64,000 nt of DNA, taken from the NCBI RefSeq assembly GCF_001194135.2, contig NC_068989.1, forward strand, positions 8,818,902 to 8,882,901, given 5' to 3'. Made by a program: the position numbers and the translations under genes. This DNA comes from Octopus bimaculoides. Lineage: Eukaryota. The notes below the pieces were generated by a model that was given only the letters and a program-made list of their open reading frames with translations, was not told the origin of the DNA and made no database searches. Of this stretch, positions 11,731 through 26,127 are shown piece after piece (the stretch's first letter is position 1; the number at the start of each line of letters is the position of its first letter).

Positions 11731-13667
11731 ATATTGTGATTATATCGCCAGCACGATTCGAAATTTAGTTCACTCTGTTTTTTAGAGGAGATTCTCTAGA
11801 AGCCCATGACAGTTAAAAATACGGGATTCTAACACTGTGGCTTATTAGAATATACAAAAGTTATCCGTTGTCGCGGAACAATTAACATCTACAACATAAG
11901 CAAGGAACTAATTGCAACGTAAAAGGTAATCTTTCAAAAGAAATACCTGCAAAAGCAATAAAGTAATTGCTTTGTCATACATGATAGAACAAAACCTAAG
12001 ACCGATACTGGACTGAAGTACGTTTGCAAGGGTTAATTAAATCTTCCAAAACCTAAATCTGTTATATGTTACATAAGTCTTTTGATTCTAGAAATATGGC
12101 TAGACATTCATGTTAAATCTTTGGTTTATTCTAATTATCACTTTTAGGAAACTTCAAAGTCGAGGACGTAATTCTATACAGGTATATGGATAACATGTGA
12201 TGTGAAACGTTAACCACTAAACCGAGAAGCTGTGTTTCTGTTAACGCATTTGACAGAACTATTCTATAAAATTCAATTAACCCTTTTACTTTGGGCTTGG
12301 ATCTGAGAAAGAAAATTTGCAACATATTGGAGTGCATCCCTAATTCAATATTCCTGCATTCTGAGTAAAATATCATACCTTGATTATATTACCTACAGGT
12401 AACTCAACAATTACAGTTAATTGGGCTTTGATTATCGTTTCGGTTCTTTGAAGTCCTTTTACAACAGTTAACTGAGTGTGATTAACTTTGTCGGTCAGAG
12501 AAGCAATATCAAAACGCAAAACGATCAAATCCTATAATTTTATAAATCCATTTTCTTAAACAGGGTATTTAAGAAAAATAATAAACTTCATTATGTTGTT
12601 TATGGTGGAAGTTTGTCAGAATCGTGTTAACGAAAGCGTTGTGACCTGTTATAACTCGATATTAACGCTTCCAGTGTGATGTTATGCATGTAAACCTTGA
12701 TTTTGCTTAGCTCTAGATCAATTTTCATAGAATAAACTCATGGCAAATATGTTGTCCGTCGAAAGTCAAGGTGTTATTCACAACATTGTCGGACCGAGCG
12801 ATGTGTTGTGTTTTTGAGCAAAACACTTCATTTCACGTTACTCCAAGGCCACTCATCTGTAAAGCAAACCTGCAACGGACTGGAAGAATATTATGATCTC
12901 GGTCACTTATACGCCATAGGAACGGGATAACTGAGCCTATGAGTCCTAGGACTCGTATCCAGAACTGATAATGAATCGTAATGAGTCACAGCCACATATC
13001 CAGTGCTTCAGACATATCATGTCTCTCTCGAGTTATCAATCATTCTGACTCGAGTTAATTTATCATATGTTGTACAATGCGGCAGTCTGGACACGCCGAT
13101 TATCTCCCCTATCTAGTTTATTTCTAAATCGCATTCCTTTCTTTTAATGACGGTGTTTGCCACAAAGGACCTAGATAAAACCAACTTGATTGGAGTTTAA
13201 AAGTCATTGTTCTATTGCATTTATCATTTGGTATTTGCGGTGGTTTGAGGCAACCCAATACTTTTTAGTCGGTTTGCTCTGCAAAAAAAATATTGTACCC
13301 AAGGCCTTTGCTGGCTCCCCTAAACCGGATGGTATCGATACAATTAATGTTGCTTCTCACTGTAGGCTAACTAGTATATTTACAGTTCTACTACTTTTGT
13401 ATGTATGAGCACGGTAGAGACGAAATAGATTGGAAAAGAAATAGTATACTTAATTGAACATAACTCACACATCCCATCATTTTAGATATTTACTTTAATC
13501 AACCATTAAATATAGTATTCAACATATCAAATTACCAAGCTAATTACAGTGATTAATCACTTCTCAATTATATTCACTGCATCGGTTGTTGGTCGTCTGT
13601 ATGTGTCAATAGGATATGCGAATCAAAACAGATTGATATTTAAGGAGCTTATTGATTCTGCTTGCTT

Positions 13668-13725
<58 letters not shown>

Positions 13726-16700
13726 CAGTTTTCAAGTTTTCTGAGACTGGAATGAGACTGAAATTTTTTACAAGTGCAAGAAAGAGATTCTACAAGTATA
13801 TTTGTAAAAGATTTGCTCTAGATATCGCATTAATGTTTATTTTCGGATATTGTGCAATTCGGAATTATTTGATTGTATGTTTTATCCGACCTATGCAAGG
13901 GTATCAAGATATAAGTAGTGTATCTGCTTTTATGTCTCTTTTAACGTCCAATGAAATGTCCAGTGAGACATCGTCAATGGTTTCGTCATGATCCCATTGC
14001 TAAATATTATCATTGAATTTTAAATTGGCTTTAATTCATCATCGGAATTTCGATTAATGATTTTTTTTTCTATACTCTGAAACAAGGATTTTCTCAACAC
14101 AACACGTAGGAAATATATTTCGCTATTAAACATGCATACAACTCAACTTGATATTGACTTCCCATAAACGTTTTCTTAATAAACATAGTCTACAGACGTC
14201 GACATGAGTGATACGACATGTGTATGCTTACGATTTGCACTGGATGTTTAGTCTCTTAACGTCGTATTTGAAACTTACTTCAGATCAATGTTCACAGTTA
14301 AATGGAGATTTGGCAGTTGAGATTTCATTTCCATTGGATGGTCGTTGTCTCTGAGTCCGTTATAATGGCATCACTATGATGATCTAACAAAGGGGTTACA
14401 TAGGATTATAGGCATTAGAGCTTCGTACGAATAGAATAACGTTAATACTCGCCCGCTGTGACATTTTTTAAAAATATGGTAAGATGCTGACGCGAACTAG
14501 TTAATCTGCTCTGGTATACATTGCAAGAAGTAGGAGGTTTTGTTGATAAAGATAGGTAGTTATCCAATCGATAAAAGACCCGTGATAAAGTATATAGTTG
14601 CATTTTTTTTCATAGACGAGATACAAATAGAAATAAAGAAATAACTTGTTCATCCCAATGGAGTTTCTGTTACATACGAGTAATTTAAAACATCGGGAAT
14701 CTTGCTTATCTATAACTTATTACTGATAAGTAAAAAGAAAACACTTTAAAATTAGATTTTAGCCTAGAAATCAGTAAGTAAATATATTAATATGTATTAA
14801 ACTTTTTCGTGAGAACTATTTTGTTTTCTTCAATATTAACCTTGCAAAGATATATATATATATATATATATATATANNNNNNNNNNNNNNNNNNNNNNNN
14901 NNNNNNNNNNNNNNNNNNNNNNNNNNNNNNNNNNNNNNNNNNNATATAATATTTGTGTATGTCTTAAGAGAAATATTCTAGAAGTCATGCAAAAACACAA
15001 CTGTAGAAAATTTTATTAATATATGCCTAATGAAATATCGTTTATACTTCATTGAAAAACGCAAGCATTATGGTAATGATGCATTATATAAACACATCTG
15101 TTATGTCCGTCAAAAATATCAACCAATCTGCATATACCAAATATATATTCAACCTGTGACATTAAACTTCGTTTCATATCTGAAAATATATTCCGTCCCC
15201 GAGATTCACTGAAGCATGAAAACTACAGTAGGGTAACCACCTTAATCTTTGTCTCTTGAATGAAAGAGGAAGAAGAAAAAAGGATTAATGCCATCAAAAT
15301 GTCAACGCTGAATTTAATCCTATAACTTTTTTAAAAAAACTATGTACAGAAGCTGGCCTGCTATACGAATTGAACACCCAACGCTTATGCTACTTTTCAT
15401 GTAAGTATGATATCGAATCGATATTTGCATATTAACATCAGATCGACATTTCCAACAGAGATTTTGCAAAACAATTCAACAAGCAATTTAATCTGAGAAC
15501 ATAAAAAGAAAAAAAAATTAAAACATCATTTTATGCTTTTCGTTATTTTTTTTTTATATCTAATTATCTAAAAGTTCGCAACCTGGTTCCGTCTAGTAGT
15601 AGTAGTTTCAATTCTCCTAAGTTCTTGGATACCATACAGTTCCATGTTTCTCCCGCTTTTATATCGTCCGAAGTATTGCTGCTAATCGAGAAATCAATTG
15701 TCCTATTTTATATTTTACCTACATTCTTCTGATTTCGATCCGCAAAGAAATAAAAGTCACATTAATGCTTACACGGTATCCACACTTAGTACAGCACAGT
15801 TACAGAAAATACAAGTTTGGCTTCCACTTCAAATACAATTGTTCTTCAAATAGATGTAACCTCTACATCAACTGTTTTCACACCGAGAAAGATGCTGCAA
15901 ATTCTGGCTACCAGAAATATATTAACTGGAGTCGATCCAGATAGACGTTGAATATATTGTTAATCTAATCTGTTCTGATTTAACATCAGTAGAGTCTGCG
16001 GATGAGGATAACTTTCCTCTTTCTCTTGTCAGTCTTGACGCGGCAGAAGTGCTGCTCTTCTCTCTCTCTAACTAAGCGATGAAAATCACAAATATCGGTA
16101 TACTTTTAGACTAACGACTTTTGTGAGTGAAGTTTTTCAGTATAGAAACAATAAAAATAACCAAAATACTCTAAAAATATTCATGAAATGAAACAAATCC
16201 TCTTGGTGTCAGTGTTTCAAGACCTTAAGACCCATAGGTTTCTATGGGGCGTAAGTCACCGAAATCAAAACATCGTCCCTGAACGGGATACCATTCCGTT
16301 GCAGACTCACTCATTTAGAGCTGAGTGGACGGGAGCAACGTGAAATGAAGTGTTTTACTCAAAGACACAATGCAGCGCCCAGTCTTGGAATCGAAATCAG
16401 CATCCTTTGATCGTGAATGGAACACCCTAACCACTAGGCCATGTACCTTCACGAAAAAAAAAGGAATGAATTATGAGGGAAATCACTTGATAGATGTAGC
16501 GAGAGACGTAACAGATGCCTTCAAGTATATGAAACCTGGGTCTTTTAGGAGTTTCGAAAATGGGAAATGTTAGCCTTCTAAGAATATTATTTAGGAATGA
16601 AATGAAAGTCTCCCATCATGGAATCCAAATTACTCGTAGAGTCGGTTCGATATGGCATTTAAGAGTTAGAAACTAAAACTATTGGTTGTGTTCATCAAAA

Positions 16701-17213
16701 GAACAGCAGTAGCATTTAGCCAGGCTTTCTATCACAGATATAGTTAACGCTTTCATCAGCCGCAGAACTTAACTTCAGTTTTAATCACGTGTCATGACGA
16801 CCCACAGTGGTGGTCAGGTTATTGTAGATAACTTTTCACTAGACGTTTACGTGACTATTTCTCACAGTTAGTGATTTGAGTTACGTAAAATAGTTTCTCA
16901 TTTAGAGAGAAGGCCAGAGATTTTTGTGAAAGAGAATTAGTCAGGCGTAATTTAGCACTTTATGCAGCTAGCCAGCCATTTTTCTTCTGGTTATCGTCAC
17001 GTAGTTTATTGCAAAAGTATATCCATTTGATGAATGTATGGAGCTAGCTGTAAAGCGCGTGGCGTACTGATTTGAGTGTTATCCTCCTGATCATTACGAT
17101 GTAGGTTCAAGTCTCTAACCAGTTGATACGATATCCTTGAGCAAGGCACTTCATTTCACGTTTCTTCAACATTGATTCAGTTCATTCAGCTGAAAATTAA
17201 TGACTGGAAGAGA

Positions 17214-17860
17214 TGCTTGCTTGCTTCATGCTCTTGTTTGATGGGGCTGAGGTCATCCAAGGTTAGTGGTCCCAGAGATGTCATCATTGCGAAGAGCCTA
17301 CAAGGTCCACCAGTGCTCTCCATCGTCAGAGGTCTCGTGCCAGCCCCTCTGCATCCTTCTAGGTGTCGTCGAGCCTCTGGAGATTTTTCTTAATTACGTC
17401 TAGCCATCTGGTGAAGGGTCTGCCACGAGGCTTCTTCCGGCCCGCAGCTGCTACGTCGAATGAGACTAAAGCCGTGATAGGATGATCTAGCGGAAGACAG
17501 AGGACATGTCCATATCGGTGCATGCAACGGATAACTATAAGGTAAGAGGCTGCGGGCTGATGCGTGCACGCACACAATTTTTTGTTGGTAACGTGATGAT
17601 ACCATCTGATGTGATATTCTCAATGGTTCTCAGGGCTCTGTTATCGAAGCCGTCGATCTTCTTGGCCAACGTCTTCAAGAGGGACCACGTTTCTACACTA
17701 TAGAGGAGGATGGAGAGGACCGATGCGTTGTAAATGCGTAGCTTCGTCTACCGGGAGATAGAGCATTGGTATCAGAGGGGCTTTCATAGGAAGTACATAA
17801 AACACGCAAGCCCCCTCGCTATGACAAGGCCAAACCCAGGAGAGGAGGTGGCTTGAAAGA
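17214..17860 (-). mobile_element. RTE-clade LINE 3' fragment (pseudogenised RT C-terminus)
   Basis: Minus strand reads TKLRIYNASVLSILLYSVETW...KIDGFDNRALRTI...YGHVL...GRKKPRGRPFTRWLDVIKKNL...ARDL*RWRALV with stops and a frameshift; (GCAA)n tail near 17214-17226. Confidence 0.8.
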
Positions 17861-19314
17861 TCTGAGGAATTAATCCTTTGACGAACTTGTGTCCTGCCTA
17901 GAGGCGGGAGTTTTGTGTTTTCAGTTCCTTAAACCTCGCAGAAACTGTGATTATCTCTGCTTCTTGAGCTTATAGGATCGATGCATATTACTTCCTTTTA
18001 TGCTTTTGATAGCAGTAAACCACTGTTGCTCCTAGTTTTATTTTAATATTTCTAAATTGTTTAGGAATTATTCTAAATAGTAGATCACTGTGCTGTGTAT
18101 ACTTTGTCGTATCAAATCCAGTATTGCATTTTTATTTATTTATGGGTTTCAGCCAAGTGGCTGCGGTCATGCTGGTGCACCACCGTTATCCATGTTCTCC
18201 GCTCACTATTCCTGGGAGAGTCACGAGGGTGCAGTTGACTCTCACTTCTTCTTTTAGGTTTTCTCAAAAGCAACCATCATTTAACTTCCCGTGTGGATTC
18301 CCAAGCGGAACCAACTGAGACTATGAACATTATCCAACCAGCCTGTTCTTGCTCTACCCCTAGCTCTTCTGCCGCTTGGTTCGGTTTGAAGAATCCGTCT
18401 TACGGTTCTTTCCTGCGACATTCTAACCACACATTCATAACACCGGACTGTGATCTTTCAATTCAGAGAAGTAGCGGCTCAGTGTGGAATGATTTCAGAG
18501 GTCCTACAAATTTCAAATACCATAATTTTAAGGCCGCTAGATTAAGTATCCGTAATTACTCTATTGATTATATGCGCTCGCCTTACAATATATATATCTT
18601 GTTACTTTGTCAGAATATATCAGCATTCCCATAGAGAAAACTCGAATAATGCATCAAGTGGTTCAACAAAGTAGTTATTTAATCACGTCTGTAAAAAATT
18701 CACTCTTTCTCTCCCTCACTCTCTTTCTCACTCTCTCTCTCTCTCACTACCTCTCTCTTGTTCTCACTCGCTCGCTCACTCCCTCGTTTTTTTCTTCTCT
18801 ATTTTCTCTTTGATGATTAAATTAGAAGCAATAATTGAAATGATCTACAGAGATTCCTATCTTGTGTTTCTATTTAAATATCTACTTTATTAGCATCAAC
18901 AGACTATAACTATTTCACTGTAGGTGGCTGACTTGAAAACTAATGCCCCTGTCTCAAGTTCATTGTTTCGTTTCATTAACACCGAACAACAGTTGAAGAC
19001 AAATTTAACCTCTTATGTTGCTAAAGGCAAACAGATTCGGTTACGTTAGTATTTCCGCCCTTAATATTTTCTCATAATTTAGAAACAGGATGTAAATAAT
19101 CAGAGCAGTAGATGATAATATTCCCTTTTAAGAAACTCAAAATGAAATAAATGGAGAGTGACTGGTGTTACTAAAATATACTTATTTATTAAGAACCGTA
19201 TGTTCACTTTCTGTAGATCCGTGTGAAATTCAAATATATCTCTTTGAAGATCTATAAATACACAAATCACATCCACATACAAGGACCCTTCATACTCATA
19301 AAATCACTCACGCA

Positions 19315-19355
<41 letters not shown>

Positions 19356-19892
19356 ACACTTTTGATGTATTCATAGACTGTGTTTTTCTTAACAGTGTAG
19401 CAAACTTTGAAAGTAGTGACCCATGCAGATATACTTTGGCCAGATATTATGTCGCCCTGAAAAAGACCTAATTTTTCTACGTGGATATCACACACACATC
19501 AGCTAACCTAAATTTTAAAAAGCTACACCCACACAAAATTTAATATTTTTGTCTTAGAGTCAATGCATCTGCATATTTAAATGTGTAATACCCTGATCTC
19601 TCGAACCATTGTCATGTGATTATCTTTCAGAAAAAAAAACCGTTTATTCAACAGTGTCACGCCCATTTGTGGTGGGCGGTATATTTTCGCTTTAAAATTC
19701 CTCGCTGTTTGATTGATCTAAACGCTAAATATTTATTTTGAATCTGCAAAGTTGAGGCTTCCTACAAACTGTTCTCAAACTTTCTGTTCAACAAGAGAAG
19801 CACTCAAGGAACTGGCCGAACAAGAAGCTAGCTGCAGTACTCATTTTGAATAAATGTTATTAAAACTGCGATTATCATTCACAAATACTAAA

Positions 19893-20105
19893 ACGTTGAG
19901 CTGGTAAAATCGTTAGCGAAGGAAGCAAAATGCTTAGCGACATTTCGTCCGTCTTTACGCTCGAGTTCAAATTCTGCCGAGGTCGAGTTTAATTTTCATT
20001 ATCCGTGGGGAGGGGTCAATGAGATAAGTACCAGCTGAGCCCCGGTGTCGATATAATCAGCTTAACTTCTCCCTTAAAATTACTATCCGTGCACCACTAT
20101 TTGAA
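19893..20105 (+). mobile_element. SINE family A copy (diverged)
   Basis: GAGCTGGTAAAATCGTTAGC...GAGTTCAAATTCTGCCGAGGTCG... Confidence 0.7.
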
Positions 20106-20492
20106 GCGATTATTCACAAATGTATTTCTATTGACACATTGCAAAACACATAACACATTTCTTGAGAAAGGTAACTCAATTGAAAACTTGAAGAATCATT
20201 GTCTCTACTTTGTAAATTTAAGATGTGCATATCTAATTAACTAATCTGCATATTTAATTAGATATTAAATTTGTTGTTCTTCTAAAGAATGCGGCTTAGC
20301 AAATTAACCAGCATACCGTCTGTTACCTATACAACTTGAGATATTTCATTTGTGCATATTAATTATCTGAATGTAGTCATTTTTTTTCCATCTTCTACAA
20401 ATGCTCTTCATAATTTTGCTGAAAACTGTATTTTCAAGAATATCCTGTGCCAATATACAAGAAAAATACATATTTGCAATTCTTTTATTCTT

Positions 20493-20699
20493 TTACTTGC
20501 TTCAGTCATTTTGACTGCGGCTGTGCTGGAGCACTGCCTTTAGTTGAGCAAATCGATCCCAGGACCTATTCTTTGTAAGCCTAGTACTTATTCTATCAGT
20601 TTTTTTTACCGAACCGCAAAGCTACGGGGATGTAAACACACCACATCGATTGTCAAGCGATGGTGAAGGAACAAACACACAAATGCATACATACATACA

Positions 20700-20735
<36 letters not shown>

Positions 20736-20890
20736 TACGACAGGCTTCTTTCAGTTTCCGTCTACCAAATCCACTCACAAGGTTTTGGTTGACCCAAGGC
20801 TATAGTAGAAGACACTTTCCCAAGGTGCCATGCAGTGGGACTGAACCCGAAACCATGTGGTTAGGAAGCAAGCTTCTTATAACTCCTGCG
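20493..20890 (-). mobile_element. SINE family B near full-length copy
   Basis: Same body as 9258-9542 plus tail TTGACTGCGGCTGTGCTGGAGCAC; internal (TACA)n. Confidence 0.85.
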
Positions 20891-21536
20891 ACTCTATATG
20901 TTTATATATTATATATAAAAAAAACCTGCAAAAGTGTGACTTCTGTATTTATATATCAAGTTTATAAAATACAGGATTTTTTTTATTAATGACATAAAAA
21001 TACATTATTTCTTTTATAAATTGCATTTCATAATTGATCTCACTTCGTTTTGAACAGAACTTTAAATTGTGATGACTCTAGAGTAGTCCAGCTTGCTTAA
21101 ATTTTCACCAAATGAAATCTGATGCCAAGATTTTAAAAATTCGACCAGTTTTACACGTATCTAATATATTTAAACTTTCAAACTTCTTTATGACGTTCTA
21201 AAACAATATAATTGGTTCTGTCGACATCATACAATAGCATGAGATGACGTCATACAAAATGGAAAATTATGGCGTCATAAAACCACAAGTAACAGAAGTA
21301 TTAAATGAACTGTACCATAACTGTGTGAATAATATAGCGAATGCTGACAGAGGTTATGAGTTCATAGAATGGCGACACAGAATAACAGATTAAATATCTA
21401 ATGGTATTCAGTTACTTCGTTTCATGTTCTGGTTCCAAATCTCACCGAGATTATTTTGGTTCCTGATTGTTCCAGCGTTGAAAAAAGTACTGATCTCACT
21501 TCAATTTTCAACTACTTTTAATTTTCACAAAACATA

Positions 21537-21693
21537 TGGCGCTGCCGTGACTGTGTAGTAGGCAGCTTGCTTCCCAACCGTATGGTTTCAGTCCTACAAC
21601 GTGGCACCTTGGGCGAGTGTCATCTACTCTAGGCTCGGACCGACAAAAGCCTTATGAGTGGATTTGATAGAGGAAAACTGAAAGAAACCCGTC

Positions 21694-21745
<52 letters not shown>
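21537..21745 (+). mobile_element. SINE family B copy (head half)
   Basis: GTGACTGTGTAGTAGGCAGCTTGCTTCCCAACC...GAAAGAAACCCGTCG(TA)n. Confidence 0.75.
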
Positions 21746-22254
21746 TAATGATTTGTAGGTACGTGGTATTTCGTTATGCAACCATAACATACTATAAAGT
21801 ATATTAAATGTTTTTTTATAAGTCAATATCACGTCCTACTGCGTTAGCAGTGCTCTTTAAATTATTTTGTTAAGGTTAGTTCTACAAATATTCTATAGAA
21901 ATTATAGCCATCACTAATTTTTGCTACAACGTTTCGAATCGAGACGTCAGATGTAAACTAACAATGAGACCGAAGAGAAAAATGGGTAATGTGTGTATAT
22001 ATACCTTATTCCGGATGGTTTGCCCCTTCATCGTTTGGATTACATTTAACTTTCGACCTACCATGGAAAAGAACAAAATGGTAATATACTGAAACGGAAT
22101 TCATGTGCTGCACAGCGTTTCCTGTTACAAAGAAATTCTTGTACAAATTAGATGTATCATCTAGTACCTAATACGTGTAGGGGCTGTCTGGGATGAGATT
22201 TCTTCAGTATTGGTGACAAGATGTAAAGAACAGGGGAATCAGTAAGGTTGCACG

Positions 22255-22455
22255 ATAGGGTTTTGAAAACTTCCTAGCTTTAAGGGTATCGCGAAAGACC
22301 ATCCGAGTTTTTTTTACAAGGCTTAGAAAAACTCGAGGGCTGCTACAATAAGTGTGTGAGTCTGAGAGGTGAATATGTTGAATAAAATCATAATTAACTG
22401 ATCCTCCTGTATTTTCTTTTACCCAAAGCCAGGAACTTTTCCACACCCTCTCGTG
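22255..22455. mobile_element. second copy of the mariner-like MITE, opposite orientation
   Basis: Shares GAATATGTTGAATAAAATC and TTTTCTTTTACCCAAAGCCAGGAACTTTTC with the reverse complement of 48751-48954. Confidence 0.55.
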
Positions 22456-22837
22456 TGTCTCAAAGACACAAAGTTTTATGAAAGGAAAATAGTGACTTTC
22501 TCGCAGTTATATATATAAAAGCATTAGCTACTGTAACGATTGAAATGATGTGAATGCTTCCCGTTCTCGCAAGTAAAAAGAAAAGTATCTGAAACTTATA
22601 ACAGATCTGTTTCGGAATAACTGTCTCTTACTAGAGAAGATTTACCAACTTTTCTTCGTTTGCTCAGACGAATTTTAATCTAAATCGATATGCGTTGGCT
22701 GTATCCTAACACAATATTACATTATCAGCCGTCCTGACCTGCATATAATAGATAGTTGGCCTTGTGGTAAATTAAATAGTATGCAGAATACATATAGCTA
22801 CATTATACATGTTTCAGGTTTTCTGAAATACGAGATG

Positions 22838-22868
<31 letters not shown>

Positions 22869-25430
22869 GCATTATATATATATATATACATGTGTATATA
22901 TATATATATATATATNNNNNNNNNNNNNNNNNNNNNNNNNNNNNNNNNNNNNNNNNNNNNNNNNNNNNNNNNNNNNNNNNNNNNNNNNNNNNNNNNNNNN
23001 NNNNNNNNNNNNNNNNNNNNNNNNNNNNNNNNNNNNNNNNNNNNNNNNNNNNNNNNNNNNNNNNNNNNNNNNNNNNNNNNNNNNNNNNNNNNNNNNNNNN
23101 NNNNNNNNNNNNNNNNNNNNNNNNNNNNNNNNNNNNNNNNNNNNNNNNNNNNNNNNNNNNNNNNNNNNNNNNNNNNNNNNNNNNNNNNNNNNNNNNNNNN
23201 NNNNNNNNNNNNNNNNNNNNNNNNNNNNNNNNNNNNNNNNNNNNNNNNNNNNNNNNNNNNNNNNNNNNNNNNNNNNNNNNNNNNNNNNNNNNNNNNNNNN
23301 NNNNNNNNNNNNNNNNNNNNNNNNNNNNNNNNNNNNNNNNNNNNNNNNNNNNNNNNNNNNNNNNNNNNNNNNNNNNNNNNNNNNNNNNNNNNNNNNNNNN
23401 NNNNNNNNNNNNNNNNNNNNNNNNNNNNNNNNNNNNNNNNNNNNNNNNNNNNNNNNNNNNNNNNNNNNNNNNNNNNNNNNNNNNNNNNNNNNNNNNNNNN
23501 NNNNNNNNNNNNNNNNNAATTAATAGTTATCGCCAAGCCAACATGGCAGTCCCAAAATTAGGACGAAAGCTGCCGTGAATTAGCTCCAAGAAGCCATCGC
23601 CTCTAGCTAGCTATGTGACACACGAAACCTGTGTCCTTTATAACCTTCGAACAGGGGAGGTCAGCAGTGTCCCCCTGCTGGTTTGGCATCTGCAGACTAG
23701 ACTAGTTTCAGGGTGTTGCCCCTTGTCAATGCAGAGTAGCCAAGCCTTAGCCAGGCGGCGCTGCTGACTATCTGCTCGAAGGTTATTTATCTAATTTCAG
23801 TGGAATCTATCCACTGGAGCGTCGATCTTACGACCGTGAGGTTGTGAGTTCGAATCTTGGACCGGGCTGCGTGTTGTGTTCTTGAGCAAGACACTTTATT
23901 TCACGCTGCTCTAATTCACTCAGCTCACTCAGCTGTGTGGCGTTGAATCACTGATTCATTTATCACAATGTTTTGGTGTGTGTGTGTTTTGTTTTTTTGT
24001 TTTTTTTTTGTTTTTTTGTTTGTTTGTTTTTTTTTGTTTTTTTGTTGTTTTTTTTGTGGTGGGTTAGAATCAAACCCCTCTGATAAACGGAGATGTATAT
24101 ATTTGGAATTAAGATTACCTCAAATTTGTGGTTTGCAGCTTCAGAAGACTTCTGAAATCATCTTTAAAAAAATAACCTTATTTAATGTTGATGTTGTTTT
24201 TGTTCTTGTTTAACTCCAGGTCAACACTGATCGAACCACCCTATGGTCATAGACGTTCCGACTATAACGAAGCCGTTTTTTTTCCGTTCTCACACAGTAT
24301 ACTCCAAACTACCTTATTCAATTTGTATTCCGTCGCTTCAGAAGGTTGTTCATGATTTGATGAAAATTTGACTGTTATTTCTAGGAGGTGAGCTACAATA
24401 TTGAGGCTCCCGCATTGGCTTGAGGTCTTCTAAAAAGTCTTTTAATATTTGATCGTTTTATCTCTACTAAAAACCAAAGACAGATCAATTTCTTCTTCAT
24501 TCCTGCAAATATTATTGATAAATTATTATTCTAGAAACGTGTTACTCGTCAATTTCAGGATTTATGAAGAAATGGTAATGCCGATTTTTTTCTGATTCTC
24601 ATTTCCTGCCTTCCATTTAAAAAAAAAATTAACGATGGGTTTTATACTATTTCTGTATTCATTTCAGGAACGCAGAGTAATTCTTCTTATTAGGTTATTC
24701 TAATCCAAAACCAGTTACTTGATTATGTTTCTGTATTTCTTTCTATGCCGGGTCCCTGTTGCTATTTCTGGGGCTGGNNNNNNNNNNNNNNNNNNNNNNN
24801 NNNNNNNNNNNNNNNNNNNNNNNNNNNNNNNNNNNNNNNNNNNNNNNNNNNNNNNNNNNNNNNNNNNNNNNNNNNNNNNNNNNNNNNNNNNNNNNNNNNN
24901 NNNNNNNNNNNNNNNNNNNNNNNNNNNNNNNNNNNNNNNNNNNNNNNNNNNNNNNNNNNNNNNNNNNNNNNNNNNNNNNNNNNNNNNNNNNNNNNNNNNN
25001 NNNNNNNNNNNNNNNNNNNNNNNNNNNNNNNNNNNNNNNNNNNNNNNNNNNNNNNNNNNNNNNNNNNNNNNNNNNNNNNNNNNNNNNNNNNNNNNNNNNN
25101 NNNNNNNNNNNNNNNNNNNNNNNNNNNNNNNNNNNNNNNNNNNNNNNNNNNNNNNNNNNNNNNNNNNNNNNNNNNNNNNNNNNNNNNNNNNNNNNNNNNN
25201 NNNNNNNNNNNNNNNNNNNNNNNNNNNNNNNNNNNNNNNNNNNNNNNNNNNNNNNNNNNNNNNNNNNNNNNNNNNNNNNNNNNNNNNNNNNNNNNNNNNN
25301 NNNNNNNNNNNNNNNNNNNNNNNNNNNNNNNNNNNNNNNNNNNNNNNNNNNNNNNNNNNNNNNNNNNNNNNNNNNNNNNNNNNNNNNNNNNNNNNNNNNN
25401 NNNNNNNNNNNNNNNNNNNNNNNNNNNNNN

Positions 25431-25589
25431 AACGGGATTCTTTCAGTTTCCGTCTACAAAATCCACTCACAAGGCTTTGGTTGGCTCAAGGTAAGAAGAC
25501 ATTTACTTAAGGTGCCACACAATGGGACTGAACCCGGAACCATGTGGCTGATGAGAAGCAAGCTTCTTACCACACAGCCACGCCTGCGC

Positions 25590-25635
<46 letters not shown>

Positions 25636-25770
25636 CAGGCTTCTTTCAGTTTCCGTCTACTAAATTCACTCAAAAGGCATTAGTCGACCTGGAATTAAAG
25701 TAGAAGGCACTAACTTGCCTAAGGAGCAATACATTGGGACTGAACCACACAAATCTTAACCACACAAATT
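25431..25770 (-). mobile_element. two partial SINE family B copies upstream of the Cys-loop exon
   Basis: TTCTTTCAGTTTCCGTCTAC...CACTCA at ~25438 and ~25640. Confidence 0.7.
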
Positions 25771-25870
25771 TAATCTGATTTTTTTTTTATATATTTTACC
25801 ATTAACGTTGACTTTGATGCTATTTCTATTTTATTTATTTGTTTCTTTTTTTTGTTGAATTCTATTCTAG

Positions 25871-26127
25871 TGCTAACGAAGTGTTTGATGCCACATACCC
25901 GACAAACGTTCTGGTCTCTTACAATGGATTTTGTCACTGGGTACCTCCTGGTATGTTCAAGAGTACATGTCAGATTGACATCGCCTGGTTTCCCTTTGAT
26001 GATCAGAAGTGTACACTCAAATTTGGTTCGTGGACCCACGATGGGCGTTACCTTGATCTTCAGCTTGATGGAGACGGTAACGGAGATACGTCAAGTTTTA
26101 TAAGAAATGGAGAATGGAAGTTAATAG
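25871..26127 (+). CDS. CHRNA7: nAChR alpha7-like subunit, Cys-loop/loop B/loop F exon (equivalent to CHRNA7 exons 5+6 fused)
   Basis: Acceptor tattctag|TGCTAAC and donor TTAATAG|gtaaga; 257 nt. Translates ANEVFDATYPTNVLVSYNGFCHWVPPGMFKSTCQIDIAWFPFDDQKCTLKFGSWTHDGRYLDLQLDGDGNGDTSSFIRNGEWKLI, with canonical Cys-loop C-x13-C containing FPFD. Confidence 0.97.

Noticed and set aside
12020-12300. piggyBac-like ends (AAGGGTTAA and TTAACCCTT)
   Set aside because: The ends face outward and no matching partner termini could be identified.
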